A DNA stretch of 64,000 nucleotides from Candidatus Doudnabacteria bacterium (GCA_023245895.1 JAHFJJ010000002.1:3348-67347); one strand, 5' to 3'; positions 35,365-44,371 are shown, counted from the stretch's first letter. Notes: a model not told the origin generated them from the sequence alone. Numbers and translations: made by a program.

Positions 35365-35467
35365 CAAATATACAAATCCAAACAAATATACAAATTCTTA
35401 TCCGGACTCTTTGTTGTTATTTCAGGACTTGATAGGATTTGTATATTTGTGTTTATTGGTATATTTG
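35365..35467. repeat. second caaatatacaaat / atttgtatatttg palindromic array, immediately upstream of dnaE
   Basis: Reads cccaaatatacaaatccaaacaaatatacaaat ... atttgtatatttgtgtttattggtatatttg. Confidence 0.65.
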
Positions 35468-35479
35468 CGATTACTACTT

Positions 35480-38400
35480 ATGCAATTCACCCACCTCCAT
35501 TGCCATTCGCATTTTTCGCTCCTGGACGGCCTTTCCAAAATTGAGCCGCTGGTTGAGCGCGCCAAGGAGCTGGGTATGGATAGTCTGGCCTTAACCGACC
35601 ACGGCGTAATGTACGGGGCGGTGGAATTTTACAACAAATGCAAAGAGAGCGGCATTAAGCCCATAATTGGGCTGGAAGCATACATAGCTCCCCGCTCCAT
35701 GAGCGATAAGAGCGGAAAAGTGGATGCCGACTACTATCATTTAACCCTGCTTGCGCAAAACGACGAAGGCTATAAAAATTTAATCCAACTTACCACGCTC
35801 GCCCACCTGGAAGGTTTTTATTATAAGCCCAGGATAGATTTGGAAATTTTAAAAAAACATTCCAATGGTTTAGTTTGCCTTTCCGGCTGCCAACGCGGCG
35901 AAATCGCGCGAGCGGCGGTAAATAAAACTGTTGACGAAGCGCAAAAAGTTTTGGAAAAATACCTGGATATTTTTACAGCAGACAGGCTGTTCATTGAGCT
36001 GCAAAGAAACAGCAAGAATCAGGCGGACAAAGAAAAAGAACAACAGCTTAACGAAAAACTAATCGCCCTGGCCAAGGCCAATAATCTTCCCATGGTTGCA
36101 ACTGCCGACTGCCACTATATATATCCCGAAGACGCCGAAGCCCAGGACGTTATGGTGTGCATTGGCACGGGCAGGACTGTGCAGGATACCGACAGATTGG
36201 ATATGCGCGGCTATGACCTGTCTTTAAAATCGCCGGAAAAAATGGCCGAACTTTTTTACGATTTGCCGGAAGCCGTGGAGAACACGCAAAAAGTCGCGGA
36301 TTTGTGCAATTTGGAAATTTTAATTGACCAGCGTTATTTTCCGCAGGTAGAAATTCCGGAAGGCATGACTTCGGCTGAATATTTGCAAAAAGTAGTTTAT
36401 GAGAAGGCTTTGCCGCTTTATGGAAAAGATCAATCCCCTGTAGTGCAGGCCCCTGGCCTGCCTAATGAGCAGGGCACGGCCCTGCACTACGGCCAAGGTA
36501 AAATAGTTCCTGATGAAATTAAACAGCGCATAGACTACGAACTTAACATAATCTGCAAAAAAGGTTTTGATACTTATTTTTTAATGGTAGCTGATGTTGT
36601 AAATGGAGCCCATAAAATTGGGGCTATCACCAACACTAGGGGGTCAGCCGCAGGTTCCATAGTCGGCCGCATTTTGGGCATTACCAACGTTGACCCTCTA
36701 TACTATGAATTGCCATTTGAAAGGTTCTTAACAATGCACCGCCCGACTCCGCCGGATATAGACCTGGACATTGCCGACAACCGTCGCGATGAGGCCATTC
36801 ATTACATAACCGAGAAATACGGCAAAGATAAAGTCGCGCAAATCATTACTTTTGGGACCATGGCCGCGCGCGCCGCGGTGCGGGACGTGGGCCGCGCCAT
36901 GGCTGTGCCCTATTCCAAGTGCGACCAAATTGCCAAAATGATCCCCATTGGCAAACAGGGTTTCCAAATGACTTTGGACAAGGCCTTGGAAAAGTCCCCG
37001 GAGCTGAAAGAAATTTACGAACGCGACCCGGAAACGCGCCAAATTTTGGAAATTGCAAAAAAATTAGAGGGCTGCGCGCGCCACGCCTCTGTCCACGCCG
37101 CGGGCATTGTCATTACCCCCACGGCGCTCACCGACTATATGCCGCTGCAAAAAGAACCGGACGGCGAACGCATTATTAGCCAGTACGATATGTACACTTT
37201 GGATGTTAACGCCAATGGAAAAGCCTTGGGCGTAGTCAAGCTTGATCTTTTGGGTATCCGCAACCTTTCCATTTTGGAAGACGCGGTCAGGCTGGTGGAA
37301 GAACGCCATCAAACCAAAATAGACATTTACAACCTGCCCCACCCCGACGCTAAAACTTTTAAGTTGCTTTCCGACGGTTTAACTTTCGGTGTTTTCCAAA
37401 TGGGCTCTTCGGGCATGACCCGCTATTTAAAAGAACTAAAACCGTCATCAATCTTTGATATTATGGCCATGATAGCGCTCTACCGTCCTGGGCCTATGCA
37501 GTTTATTCCGGACTACATTGTGCGCAAACACAATAAAAGTTTAATAAAATATTTTGACCCGGCATTGGAAAAAATCCTCCATAGAACATACGGAATTTTG
37601 GTGTATCAGGATGACCTTTTGACCATTGCCCACGACTTGGCCGGTTACAGTTGGGAAGAAGTCGACAAGTTCAGGAAAGCGGTCGGCAAAAAAATTCCGG
37701 AAGAAATGGCCAAACAAAAAATTAAGTTCGTGCAGGGCTGCCAGGAAACTTCCAAATGGAGTTTTGCCAAGTCCGAACAAATTTGGACCTGGATAGAACC
37801 ATTCGCGGCTTACGGTTTTAACAAAGCGCACTCGGCTTCTTACTCGGTAGTATCTTATCAAACCGCTTACATGAAGGCTAACTATCCTGTGGAATTTATG
37901 GCCGCATTAATGACGGCTGAAAGCGGTGATGAAGATAAAATTTATGAAGCCGTGGAAGAGTGCGAGGCGCTGGGAATCCAAGTTTTACCGCCGGACGTTA
38001 ACGAGTCTCTCGGCGATTTTACGGTGGTTGATGAAAAGACAATTAGATTTGGCTTGAATGCTATTAAGAATTTGGGGAACGATGTGATTAGTAAAATTAT
38101 CCAATCCCGCGATGTAGTTGCCCCATTTATGGGGCCTCAAGCGCCTGATAAATCAGGCAACTACACTTCCCTTGAAGACTTCCTTATCCGAGGCTACACC
38201 AAAAATTTTAACAAACGCTCCTGGGAGGCTTTGGCCAAAGTTGGGGCTTTGGGCGCTTTTGGCGAACGCGCACAGCTTTTGCATAACACCGAAGAAATTT
38301 TAGATTTCGTGCGCCAGCATTTTAAAGACGCAAACAGCGGCCAAAATTCCCTCTTCGGCGGGGCTTTAAAGGCAGGCAAACTAAAATTAAAAGATTCACC

Positions 38401-39049
38401 TCCGGCGACCAAAGAGGAAATGCTCTTGTGGGAAAAAGAACATTTGGGCATGTATGTTTCGGCGCATCCTTTGGACGTGCATAAAAAAGTCTTGGACAAC
38501 ATGAGGAGCGTAAAGAGTTTGTCGCTGGACGAGCTCGGCGGCAATGTGGTAATGGGAGGAATTATTTCGCGCCTTAAAAAAACCTTAACCCGCAAAAATG
38601 ACCCCATGGCATTTTTTACTTTGGAAGACATGACCGGCAATATTGAAGTTTTGGTTTTTCCCAAAGTTATGGAAAAGGCTTTGCCGTTTTTGGCGGACGA
38701 CAAAATAGTCCAGGTCAGCGGCCGGCTTAGCGACAAAGACGAAGAATTCAAGCTCATTGCCGAAGATATAAAAGAATTGCCCAACGATGACTTATACGCC
38801 ATGGCCATGAATGAAATGCAAAAAAGCAAGCAGTTAGTTTTGCATATGGCCGGCCTACATAATATGGAAGCTTTAAATAAAATTAAAGATATTTTACAGG
38901 CTCACAAAGGCAACGCCCAGGTTTACCTTTCCGTAGGCAGCGGCCCGGCAGCCAAACAAATAAAAACCCAAAGCATGGTGGAAATTACCAATGAACTGAT
39001 GGACCAACTCCGCCAACTGCCGGAAATTTTGATGGTGGATGTGAACTAA
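35480..39049 (+). CDS. dnaE: DNA polymerase III alpha subunit
   Basis: PHP domain at MQFTHLHCHSHFSLLDG. Shows the polymerase core (GSAAGS, DIDLDI) and the OB-fold near the C-terminus. The ORF track start at 35306 runs through the upstream repeat array, so the true start is taken as the Met at 35480. Confidence 0.9.
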   Translation: MQFTHLHCHSHFSLLDGLSKIEPLVERAKELGMDSLALTDHGVMYGAVEFYNKCKESGIKPIIGLEAYIAPRSMSDKSGKVDADYYHLTLLAQNDEGYKNLIQLTTLAHLEGFYYKPRIDLEILKKHSNGLVCLSGCQRGEIARAAVNKTVDEAQKVLEKYLDIFTADRLFIELQRNSKNQADKEKEQQLNEKLIALAKANNLPMVATADCHYIYPEDAEAQDVMVCIGTGRTVQDTDRLDMRGYDLSLKSPEKMAELFYDLPEAVENTQKVADLCNLEILIDQRYFPQVEIPEGMTSAEYLQKVVYEKALPLYGKDQSPVVQAPGLPNEQGTALHYGQGKIVPDEIKQRIDYELNIICKKGFDTYFLMVADVVNGAHKIGAITNTRGSAAGSIVGRILGITNVDPLYYELPFERFLTMHRPTPPDIDLDIADNRRDEAIHYITEKYGKDKVAQIITFGTMAARAAVRDVGRAMAVPYSKCDQIAKMIPIGKQGFQMTLDKALEKSPELKEIYERDPETRQILEIAKKLEGCARHASVHAAGIVITPTALTDYMPLQKEPDGERIISQYDMYTLDVNANGKALGVVKLDLLGIRNLSILEDAVRLVEERHQTKIDIYNLPHPDAKTFKLLSDGLTFGVFQMGSSGMTRYLKELKPSSIFDIMAMIALYRPGPMQFIPDYIVRKHNKSLIKYFDPALEKILHRTYGILVYQDDLLTIAHDLAGYSWEEVDKFRKAVGKKIPEEMAKQKIKFVQGCQETSKWSFAKSEQIWTWIEPFAAYGFNKAHSASYSVVSYQTAYMKANYPVEFMAALMTAESGDEDKIYEAVEECEALGIQVLPPDVNESLGDFTVVDEKTIRFGLNAIKNLGNDVISKIIQSRDVVAPFMGPQAPDKSGNYTSLEDFLIRGYTKNFNKRSWEALAKVGALGAFGERAQLLHNTEEILDFVRQHFKDANSGQNSLFGGALKAGKLKLKDSPPATKEEMLLWEKEHLGMYVSAHPLDVHKKVLDNMRSVKSLSLDELGGNVVMGGIISRLKKTLTRKNDPMAFFTLEDMTGNIEVLVFPKVMEKALPFLADDKIVQVSGRLSDKDEEFKLIAEDIKELPNDDLYAMAMNEMQKSKQLVLHMAGLHNMEALNKIKDILQAHKGNAQVYLSVGSGPAAKQIKTQSMVEITNELMDQLRQLPEILMVDVN

Positions 39050-39076
39050 TCACAGATAACGCAGATTGGAGCAGGT

Positions 39077-39114
39077 CCCCTCTCCCCATGGGAGAGGGTC
39101 AGGGTGAGGGTTCT
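39077..39114. repeat. REP-like element (cccctctcc-ccat-gggagagggtcagggtgagggttct)
   Basis: Member of the ccctctccc / gggagaggg / gggtgaggg family also seen at 42300, 42695, 42830 and 50808. Confidence 0.7.
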
Positions 39115-39174
39115 GTAGTTAAAATAAAAAAGCCAGATATATAGATTACCGCTGTTATATGTTATAAAAAATTT

Positions 39175-39206
39175 CAGCCCGCAACTCTTGTTAGAGCTGC
39201 GGGCTG
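39175..39206 (+). terminator. dnaE terminator hairpin (cagcccgcaactcttgttagagctgcgggctg)
   Basis: 11-bp stem followed by a partly T-rich segment. Confidence 0.55.
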
Positions 39207-39209
39207 TTG

Positions 39210-39760
39210 GGTTTAGGCTGGTTTCTGCACTTGGCATATTGCCAGCCGCCGCCTCCCCCGGAGGACGGCTTGGTGCGCCGGCGTCGCGCCTGTGTCGGCG
39301 GCGGTGTGCGCCGCGGACGCGGACGGAGGCATTCGTCGGCTCGCCTCCTGGTGTCGAATTGTAAGACGGTGTGGCCGCCATACAATCCTACGTTATAGGA
39401 AAGCGGGGGCCGTTTGTTGCATGCCGCGCAGCGTGAGCCTGCGGCACCGAGAATCAAAGTGCCAGGTCGTGGTTAGTTGCGCCGATTAGCGGTCAGCGCG
39501 GCCGCGTCCTTGGCACCGCTAAAGAAATCCGGTGCTATATCCGACGGTCTCGTTTTTCATCGTCGTTCTCCTTTCTTTTTCTACACGGTCGTCGTTTGCC
39601 GGCGTGTGGGCCGGCGTCACATCAAAAAAAAGGGATCGTGGGTTTGGTAGCTTTTACGCTCCGCCGCATAAGCGAAAGCCGGTGGCGTAAAACAAAGGCA
39701 GAAGCGAATTGAAATGCTTGCGATGGTTCACTGGGGGTTTCCTCCTTTCTCTAGTATTGA
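39210..39760. other. GC-rich non-coding island, a possible structured RNA or foreign remnant
   Basis: GC content is far above the window average. ORFs overlap in every frame, which is typical of GC-rich non-coding DNA. Many GC hairpins are present. One short stretch (taggaaagcgggggcc ... agtgccaggtcgtgg) weakly resembles RNase P RNA P4/P5 sequences. Confidence 0.35.
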
Positions 39761-40136
39761 GAGTAATTATACACCTTTTTGTTGCCTTTGTCAAGGCCTT
39801 TATTTAAAAATTGTCTTAAATAAGGGCTAATTTACCTGTGGAAATCTTCCCTTGCTTAAGCTATCTTCTTCTGTTATAATTTTTTTAGTTCTTCAAGCGA
39901 ATCCCCGCACCAGTCATTACCTAACGGTAATTCCGGTACGGGGCGCAGCCGGACAACCAATTCGGGGAGCTTGGAACAAAGTGAATAAATAAATCTGATG
40001 TGTTCTAGAGCCACATTGGATGAAAAGTCTTTCGGTCAAACGAAAGAATTCTGGGACGGAAACGTCTCCAAGTAGAGACCCCAGGATTTGCTTATCAGTT
40101 TGTTGATGAGTAAATCTTGGGGTTTTTATATTTTTT

Positions 40137-40521
40137 GTGTCTGTCATTGCGAGTGCACCCGAAGCAATCTTTTTATGCAAGACAGAAATTATTACATTTA
40201 TATTTTAACTAACTTTACAAACACAGTACTTTATATAGGTGTTACCAATGACCTTATTAGGCGAGCTTCTGAGCATAGGAATCATTTAGTAAAAGGTTTT
40301 ACCCAAAGATACAATGTTACCAAATTAGTTTATTTTGAAAATACAGAAAGCATCGAAAGCGCAATTGTAAGGGAAAAACAACTAAAAGCAGGCTCCAGAC
40401 AAAAGAAAATAGATTTAATTAATTCCAAAAATCCTAGGTGGGAAGATTTATATAATCAAATAATTTAAGTTGCCCGGAAAGATTGCTTCGTCGTCCGCCT
40501 TAGGCGGACTCGCAATGACAT
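40137..40521 (+). mobile_element. GIY-YIG-carrying mini-element with gtcattgcgag...gaagcaatc / gattgcttc...ctcgcaatgac termini
   Basis: Left end is gtctgtcattgcgagtgcacccgaagcaatc (40137..40169). Right end is gattgcttcgtcgtccgccttaggcggactcgcaatgacat (40481..40521). The ORF lies between. An 87-bp empty version sits at 43377..43463. Confidence 0.7.
40178..40468 (+). CDS. GIY-YIG nuclease domain protein
   Basis: True start MQDRNYYIYILTN, then VLYIGVTNDLIRRASEHR...LVYFE...AIVREKQLK. The ORF track start at 40088 runs across the left terminal repeat. Confidence 0.8.
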   Translation, partial: QDRNYYIYILTNFTNTVLYIGVTNDLIRRASEHRNHLVKGFTQRYNVTKLVYFENTESIESAIVREKQLKAGSRQKKIDLINSKNPRWEDLYNQII

Positions 40522-40533
40522 ATAAGGACACAT

Positions 40534-42288
40534 ATGGACAACCCAAACCAATTAAGTAAAATCCGCCACACGCTGGCACATTTAACCGCGGCCGCTGTCA
40601 GACAGCTTTGGCCCGGCTCCCAAAATTCCATTGGGCCGGCTATAGAAAACGGCTTTTACCAGGATTTTGAAATTGCCGGCGCTATTACGGAAAAAGACCT
40701 GCCGAAAATTGAAAAGAAAATCCGGCAGTTAATCCCCCAATGGACGCATTTTGAAAAAAAAGAGGTGAGCAAAGAGGAAGCCTTAAAAGAATTCGCCTGG
40801 AATAAATATAAAACCGAGCTTATACAAGAATTCGCGCAGGAAGGCAAAAAGCTGACTTTCCATAATTCGCCCGGGTTTATAGATTTGTGCAAAGGCGGCC
40901 ATGTAGAACATCCAAACAAAGAAATAAAGCCGGACGCCTTTAAGCTTACGCACATTGCCGGCGCCTACTGGCGTGGCAACGAGAAAAACAAAATGCTCAC
41001 GCGCATTTACGGCGTGGCTTTTGAGAATAAAGAGGAACTCGAGAAACATCTTGCGATGTTGGCAGAGGCGGAAAAACGCGACCACAAAATTTTGGGACCA
41101 AAATTGGATTTGTTTACTTTTTCCGAAAAAGTCGGGGCCGGCTTGCCGCTTTGGACGCCGAAAGGCACATTGATAAGGGATTTGCTGGACGGCTACGTTT
41201 GGGAACTGCGGAAAAAAATCGGTTACCAAAAAGTGGAAATTCCCCACATTACGAAAAAAGATTTGTATGAAACCAGCGGGCATTGGGATAAATTTAAAGA
41301 CGACTTATTCAAAATCAACACCCGGGACGGTCATCTCTTCGCCATGAAGCCAATGAATTGTCCGCACCACACCCAAATTTACGCGCGGAAAATGTGGAGC
41401 TACCGTGAGTTGCCGCAGCGCTATTCCAGCACTACAATGGTCTACCGCGACGAACAAACCGGCGAACTTTCCGGCCTGGCGCGCGTGTTGAGCATTACAC
41501 AAGATGACGCTCATGTTTTTTGCCGCTTTGACCAGGTTAAAGAAGAGCTGGCGGCCATTTGGGACAAGGTAGTGGAGCCATTTTATAAATCGGTGGGCTT
41601 TAAACTCAAGCTGCGCCTTTCGTTGCGCGACCCAATGCATCCGGAAAGATATTTGGGAGATGCTTCCAGGTGGCTTCAGGCGGAGGAAATTTTGCGCGAC
41701 TTGGCAAAGGAGCGTAAAGTTGAATTCTTTGAAGGCTTGGGCGAGGCTGCCTTTTATGGCCCTAAATTGGATTTTTTGGCTACGGATTCTTTGGGCAGGC
41801 AGTGGCAGGTGGCGACTATCCAACTTGATATGGTTATGCCAGAAAGGTTTGATTTGTACTGCGTTGACGAAAAAGGCCAGCACGAACGGGTGGTTATGCT
41901 GCACGCGGCCATAATGGGTTCTATTGAAAGGTTTATGTCAATTTTAATAGAACACACGGCCGGGGCTTTCCCGCTCTGGCTTTCCCCCGCCCAGGCCATA
42001 GTATTGCCGATATCCAAAAAGCAAAATGTTTACGCTAGAAAGGTTTTGAAAGAATTAACATCGGCGATTCCTGATTTACGCATTGAAATTGATGACAGGG
42101 ATGAATCAGTTGGCAAAAAAATCCGCGAAGCCAGCATGCAGAAAATCCCGTACCAGGTAATACTTGGCGAAAAGGAAATGAAATCTAAGAAGATTACTAT
42201 CCGCACGCGCGAAGGCAAGGACTTGGGCTCAATGCTTTTAAAAAAATTTGCAGGAAAAATTCAGACAGAAATAGAAAAGAAAAAATAA
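40534..42288 (+). CDS. thrS: threonine--tRNA ligase
   Basis: Class II aaRS motifs with the MNCPHH zinc site, FRDE-like motif 2 (VYRDEQTGELSGLARV) and a C-terminal anticodon-binding domain. Confidence 0.92.
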   Translation: MDNPNQLSKIRHTLAHLTAAAVRQLWPGSQNSIGPAIENGFYQDFEIAGAITEKDLPKIEKKIRQLIPQWTHFEKKEVSKEEALKEFAWNKYKTELIQEFAQEGKKLTFHNSPGFIDLCKGGHVEHPNKEIKPDAFKLTHIAGAYWRGNEKNKMLTRIYGVAFENKEELEKHLAMLAEAEKRDHKILGPKLDLFTFSEKVGAGLPLWTPKGTLIRDLLDGYVWELRKKIGYQKVEIPHITKKDLYETSGHWDKFKDDLFKINTRDGHLFAMKPMNCPHHTQIYARKMWSYRELPQRYSSTTMVYRDEQTGELSGLARVLSITQDDAHVFCRFDQVKEELAAIWDKVVEPFYKSVGFKLKLRLSLRDPMHPERYLGDASRWLQAEEILRDLAKERKVEFFEGLGEAAFYGPKLDFLATDSLGRQWQVATIQLDMVMPERFDLYCVDEKGQHERVVMLHAAIMGSIERFMSILIEHTAGAFPLWLSPAQAIVLPISKKQNVYARKVLKELTSAIPDLRIEIDDRDESVGKKIREASMQKIPYQVILGEKEMKSKKITIRTREGKDLGSMLLKKFAGKIQTEIEKKK

Positions 42289-42299
42289 GCAATTTTGTT

Positions 42300-42336
42300 C
42301 CCTCCCCCTTTGGGGGAGGGCTAGGGTGAGGGTTCT
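42300..42336. repeat. REP-like element (ccctccccctttgggggagggctagggtgagggttct)
   Basis: Same family as 39077, placed immediately 5' of the DUF559 gene. Confidence 0.7.
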
Positions 42337-42708
42337 ATGGTAAAAATTAAAAGCTACAATCAACAACTCATAATAAACGCCAGAAATCTAAGAAAAAACT
42401 CCACACCTCAAGAGAGAAAATTGTGGAGTTTTTTGAAGTCTTCAAAATTTTATAGCTTTAAGTTTCGCAGGCAGTTTCCAATTGGAAATTATATTGCCGA
42501 TCTTTGTTGTGTAAAAGTAAAATTAATAATTGAATTGGATGGCGGACAGCATTCAGAGGCTATAAATAAGAAATCCGATGCGAACCGAGACGCTTTTTTT
42601 GACAAGCAAGGCTATAGGATTTTAAGAATTTGGAATAATGAGTTAGATAGTAATTTGGAGGGAGTCGGAGAGAGGCTTTATGAAATGCTCATGAACCCTC
42701 ACCCTTAA
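42337..42708 (+). CDS. DUF559 (Vsr-like endonuclease fold) protein
   Basis: Has FRRQ.PIG.YI.D..C.....IIELDGGQH...D..RD..L...GY.ILRIWNNEL. The C-terminus (MNPHP) is encoded by the flanking REP-like repeat. Confidence 0.8.
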   Translation: MVKIKSYNQQLIINARNLRKNSTPQERKLWSFLKSSKFYSFKFRRQFPIGNYIADLCCVKVKLIIELDGGQHSEAINKKSDANRDAFFDKQGYRILRIWNNELDSNLEGVGERLYEMLMNPHP

Positions 42709-42945
42709 TCCCTCTCCCAGAGGGAGAGGGAAAACTGCAGCTACAACCCTCATCTCTAACCCTTCTCCTCTTCGAGCCTGGGCCTCAGAGCCGAAGGCCA
42801 GGGGGAGAAGGGAATCACCTAGGTTTTAACCCCCTCTCCCCCTGGGAGAGGGACGGGGTGAGGGTTCTATCGTTGTTTTATAACCCTCATCTGTCGCTCG
42901 GCTGCACTCGCGACATCTTCTCCCAGAGGGAGAAGAACTCCGTAG
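42695..42945. repeat. cluster of about four REP-like copies (aaccctcacccttaatccctctcccagagggagaggg; ccccctctccccctgggagagggacggggtgagggttct; degenerate copies)
   Basis: Tandem or degenerate members of the same family lie 3' of DUF559. Confidence 0.65.
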
Positions 42946-42957
42946 TTGTTCCTTTTT

Positions 42958-43383
42958 TTAATTAAATTCAATAACCTCAAACGGCGCTGTAGAAATATCT
43001 ATCCCCTTAGCCGCTTTTTTGTAATGCTCGCGGGCTTTTTTTAGGAACTCTTTTTTGTCTGGTCTGCTGGGGAGGATGAATTTTACTTCTTCTTTTTCCA
43101 CAACCTGTTCAATCCCTAAGTGAATGCGAACGTCCTTAACCGGTTTTTCTAAGGCTACTTCGTCCCCTGCTTTCTGTTCTTCGCCAGTTTGCAGCTGGAA
43201 AATAATAATGTCGCCCGGGCTAATCCGGGTTTGACTGTCTTTTTTTAGCCGCATTTCCATGGTTTTTGTCCCGGCTTCAATTTGGCCAAAGGCCGTAGCC
43301 CCGACATTCAAAATTATTTTTTTGGGATGCTGTTCCCTGTGTTCGTTTGCAAAGGCCATAAGTTTATGGTTTTTATCTGTCAT
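42958..43383 (-). CDS. ASCH-domain protein
   Basis: Has ILNVGATAFGQIEAGTKTMEMRL...ISPGDIIIF. The annotated start lies inside the MITE-like element, so the true start is probably MAFANEH (about 43359). Confidence 0.6.
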   Translation of the reverse strand: MTDKNHKLMAFANEHREQHPKKIILNVGATAFGQIEAGTKTMEMRLKKDSQTRISPGDIIIFQLQTGEEQKAGDEVALEKPVKDVRIHLGIEQVVEKEEVKFILPSRPDKKEFLKKAREHYKKAAKGIDISTAPFEVIEFN

Positions 43384-43463
43384 TGCGAGTCCGCCTAAGG
43401 CGGACGACGAAGCAATCTTATCATCGATTCAAGAGATTGCTTCGGCTGCACTCGCAATGACAG
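43377..43463. mobile_element. MITE-like 87-bp element, an empty derivative of the GIY-YIG element (ctgtcattgcgag-tccgcctaaggcggacgacgaagcaatc...gattgcttcggctgcactcgcaatgacag)
   Basis: Near-perfect inverted termini identical in type to those at 40137..40521, plus an internal tccgcc-taa-ggcgga hairpin. Confidence 0.7.
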
Positions 43464-43470
43464 AAACAGA

Positions 43471-44235
43471 TTAAGTTAAAATCCTCGCCCCATTTTTTGT
43501 TACCGCAATTGTATGTTCAAAATGCGCGCTAAGGCCGCCGTCGGCTGTCCTAATTGTCCAACCGTCCTGGTCAAAATTCACAAAGTATTCGTGCTCACAG
43601 AGCATTGGTTCAATTGCAAGTACCATGCCCTCTTGCAAAGTTTCACCCGTGCCTTTTTTGCCAAAGCACGGCACCGCAGGGTCTTCGTGGACTTCGTAAC
43701 CCACGCCGTGGCCTACTAAGTCCCTAACCGGACTAAAGCCGTTTTTTTCGGCCAGGGTTTGAATAACATATCCTATGTCCCCTATTTTTGCTCCCGGCCG
43801 GACTTCTTTTATCGCTAAGTCCAGGGATTTTTTTGTTACTTCAATAAGTTTTTTTGCGGTTTCGGATATTTGCCCGACCCCAACCGTAATGGCGGTATCG
43901 GTATACAATCCTTTATACTCCATGCCAATATCCAGTCCAATAATATCGCCTGATTTTAAAATAACATCGCGCGATGGTATTCCGTGCACGACCTCGTCGT
44001 TTACCGATGTGCAAAGCCCGGCCGGAAAAGGATTTTTCTTGGGCCCGTAACCCTTAAAGCTTGGCCTCCCGCCGACATCCGCAATCATTTTCTCAGCAAA
44101 CTCATTAAGTTCCAAGGTTGAAATACCGGGCTTCACCAGCCCGGCGGTTTTGTAAAGTATGTCGTGGAGGATTTTTCCGCCCTCGGCAATAATCTCTATT
44201 TCTTCGGAGGTTTTTGTATATCCCTTTTTAGGCAT
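43471..44235 (-). CDS. map: type I methionine aminopeptidase
   Basis: Metal ligand blocks GDIIGLDIG, HGVGYEVHE and LAIEPM. Confidence 0.9.
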   Translation of the reverse strand: MPKKGYTKTSEEIEIIAEGGKILHDILYKTAGLVKPGISTLELNEFAEKMIADVGGRPSFKGYGPKKNPFPAGLCTSVNDEVVHGIPSRDVILKSGDIIGLDIGMEYKGLYTDTAITVGVGQISETAKKLIEVTKKSLDLAIKEVRPGAKIGDIGYVIQTLAEKNGFSPVRDLVGHGVGYEVHEDPAVPCFGKKGTGETLQEGMVLAIEPMLCEHEYFVNFDQDGWTIRTADGGLSAHFEHTIAVTKNGARILT

Positions 44236-44244
44236 AAAATTAGT

Positions 44245-44365
44245 GTGTCATTCCGAGCGATCCGCCTTAGGCGGACGAGCCGAGGAATCCCTTACGTCCG
44301 ATAGTACATCAGCGTTAAGGGATCCCTCCGCTCCCTCAGATGCATTCGGTCGGTCGGGATGACAC
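44245..44365. mobile_element. MITE-like 121-bp element (gtgtcattccgagcg...cggtcgggatgacac)
   Basis: Homologous, in inverse orientation, to 1931..2048. Contains an atccgcc-tta-ggcggac hairpin and imperfect 15-bp terminal inverted repeats. Confidence 0.65.
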
Positions 44366-44371
44366 CAAAGG

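Noticed and set aside
35306-35479. dnaE N-terminal extension (MAIFSIAKYGGFWYYESR...).
   Set aside because: It reads through the caaatatacaaat repeat array and lacks homology to PolIII alpha. The PHP domain begins at the Met at 35480.
39300-39400. tmRNA 5' end (GGCGGCCACACCGUCUUACAAUUCGACACCAGG) on the minus strand.
   Set aside because: No downstream T-arm or CCA 3' end exists within ~400 nt, and the region would run into dnaE, so it was not called.
39046-39489. Four overlapping ORFs (60-111 aa) in the GC-rich island.
   Set aside because: Mutually overlapping on both strands, Arg/Pro/Gly-rich and low-complexity: typical non-coding GC-rich artefacts.
40088-40177. N-terminal 30 aa of the GIY-YIG ORF as given in the track.
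   Set aside because: It crosses the element's left terminal repeat. The Met at 40178 gives a canonical ~96-aa GIY-YIG protein.
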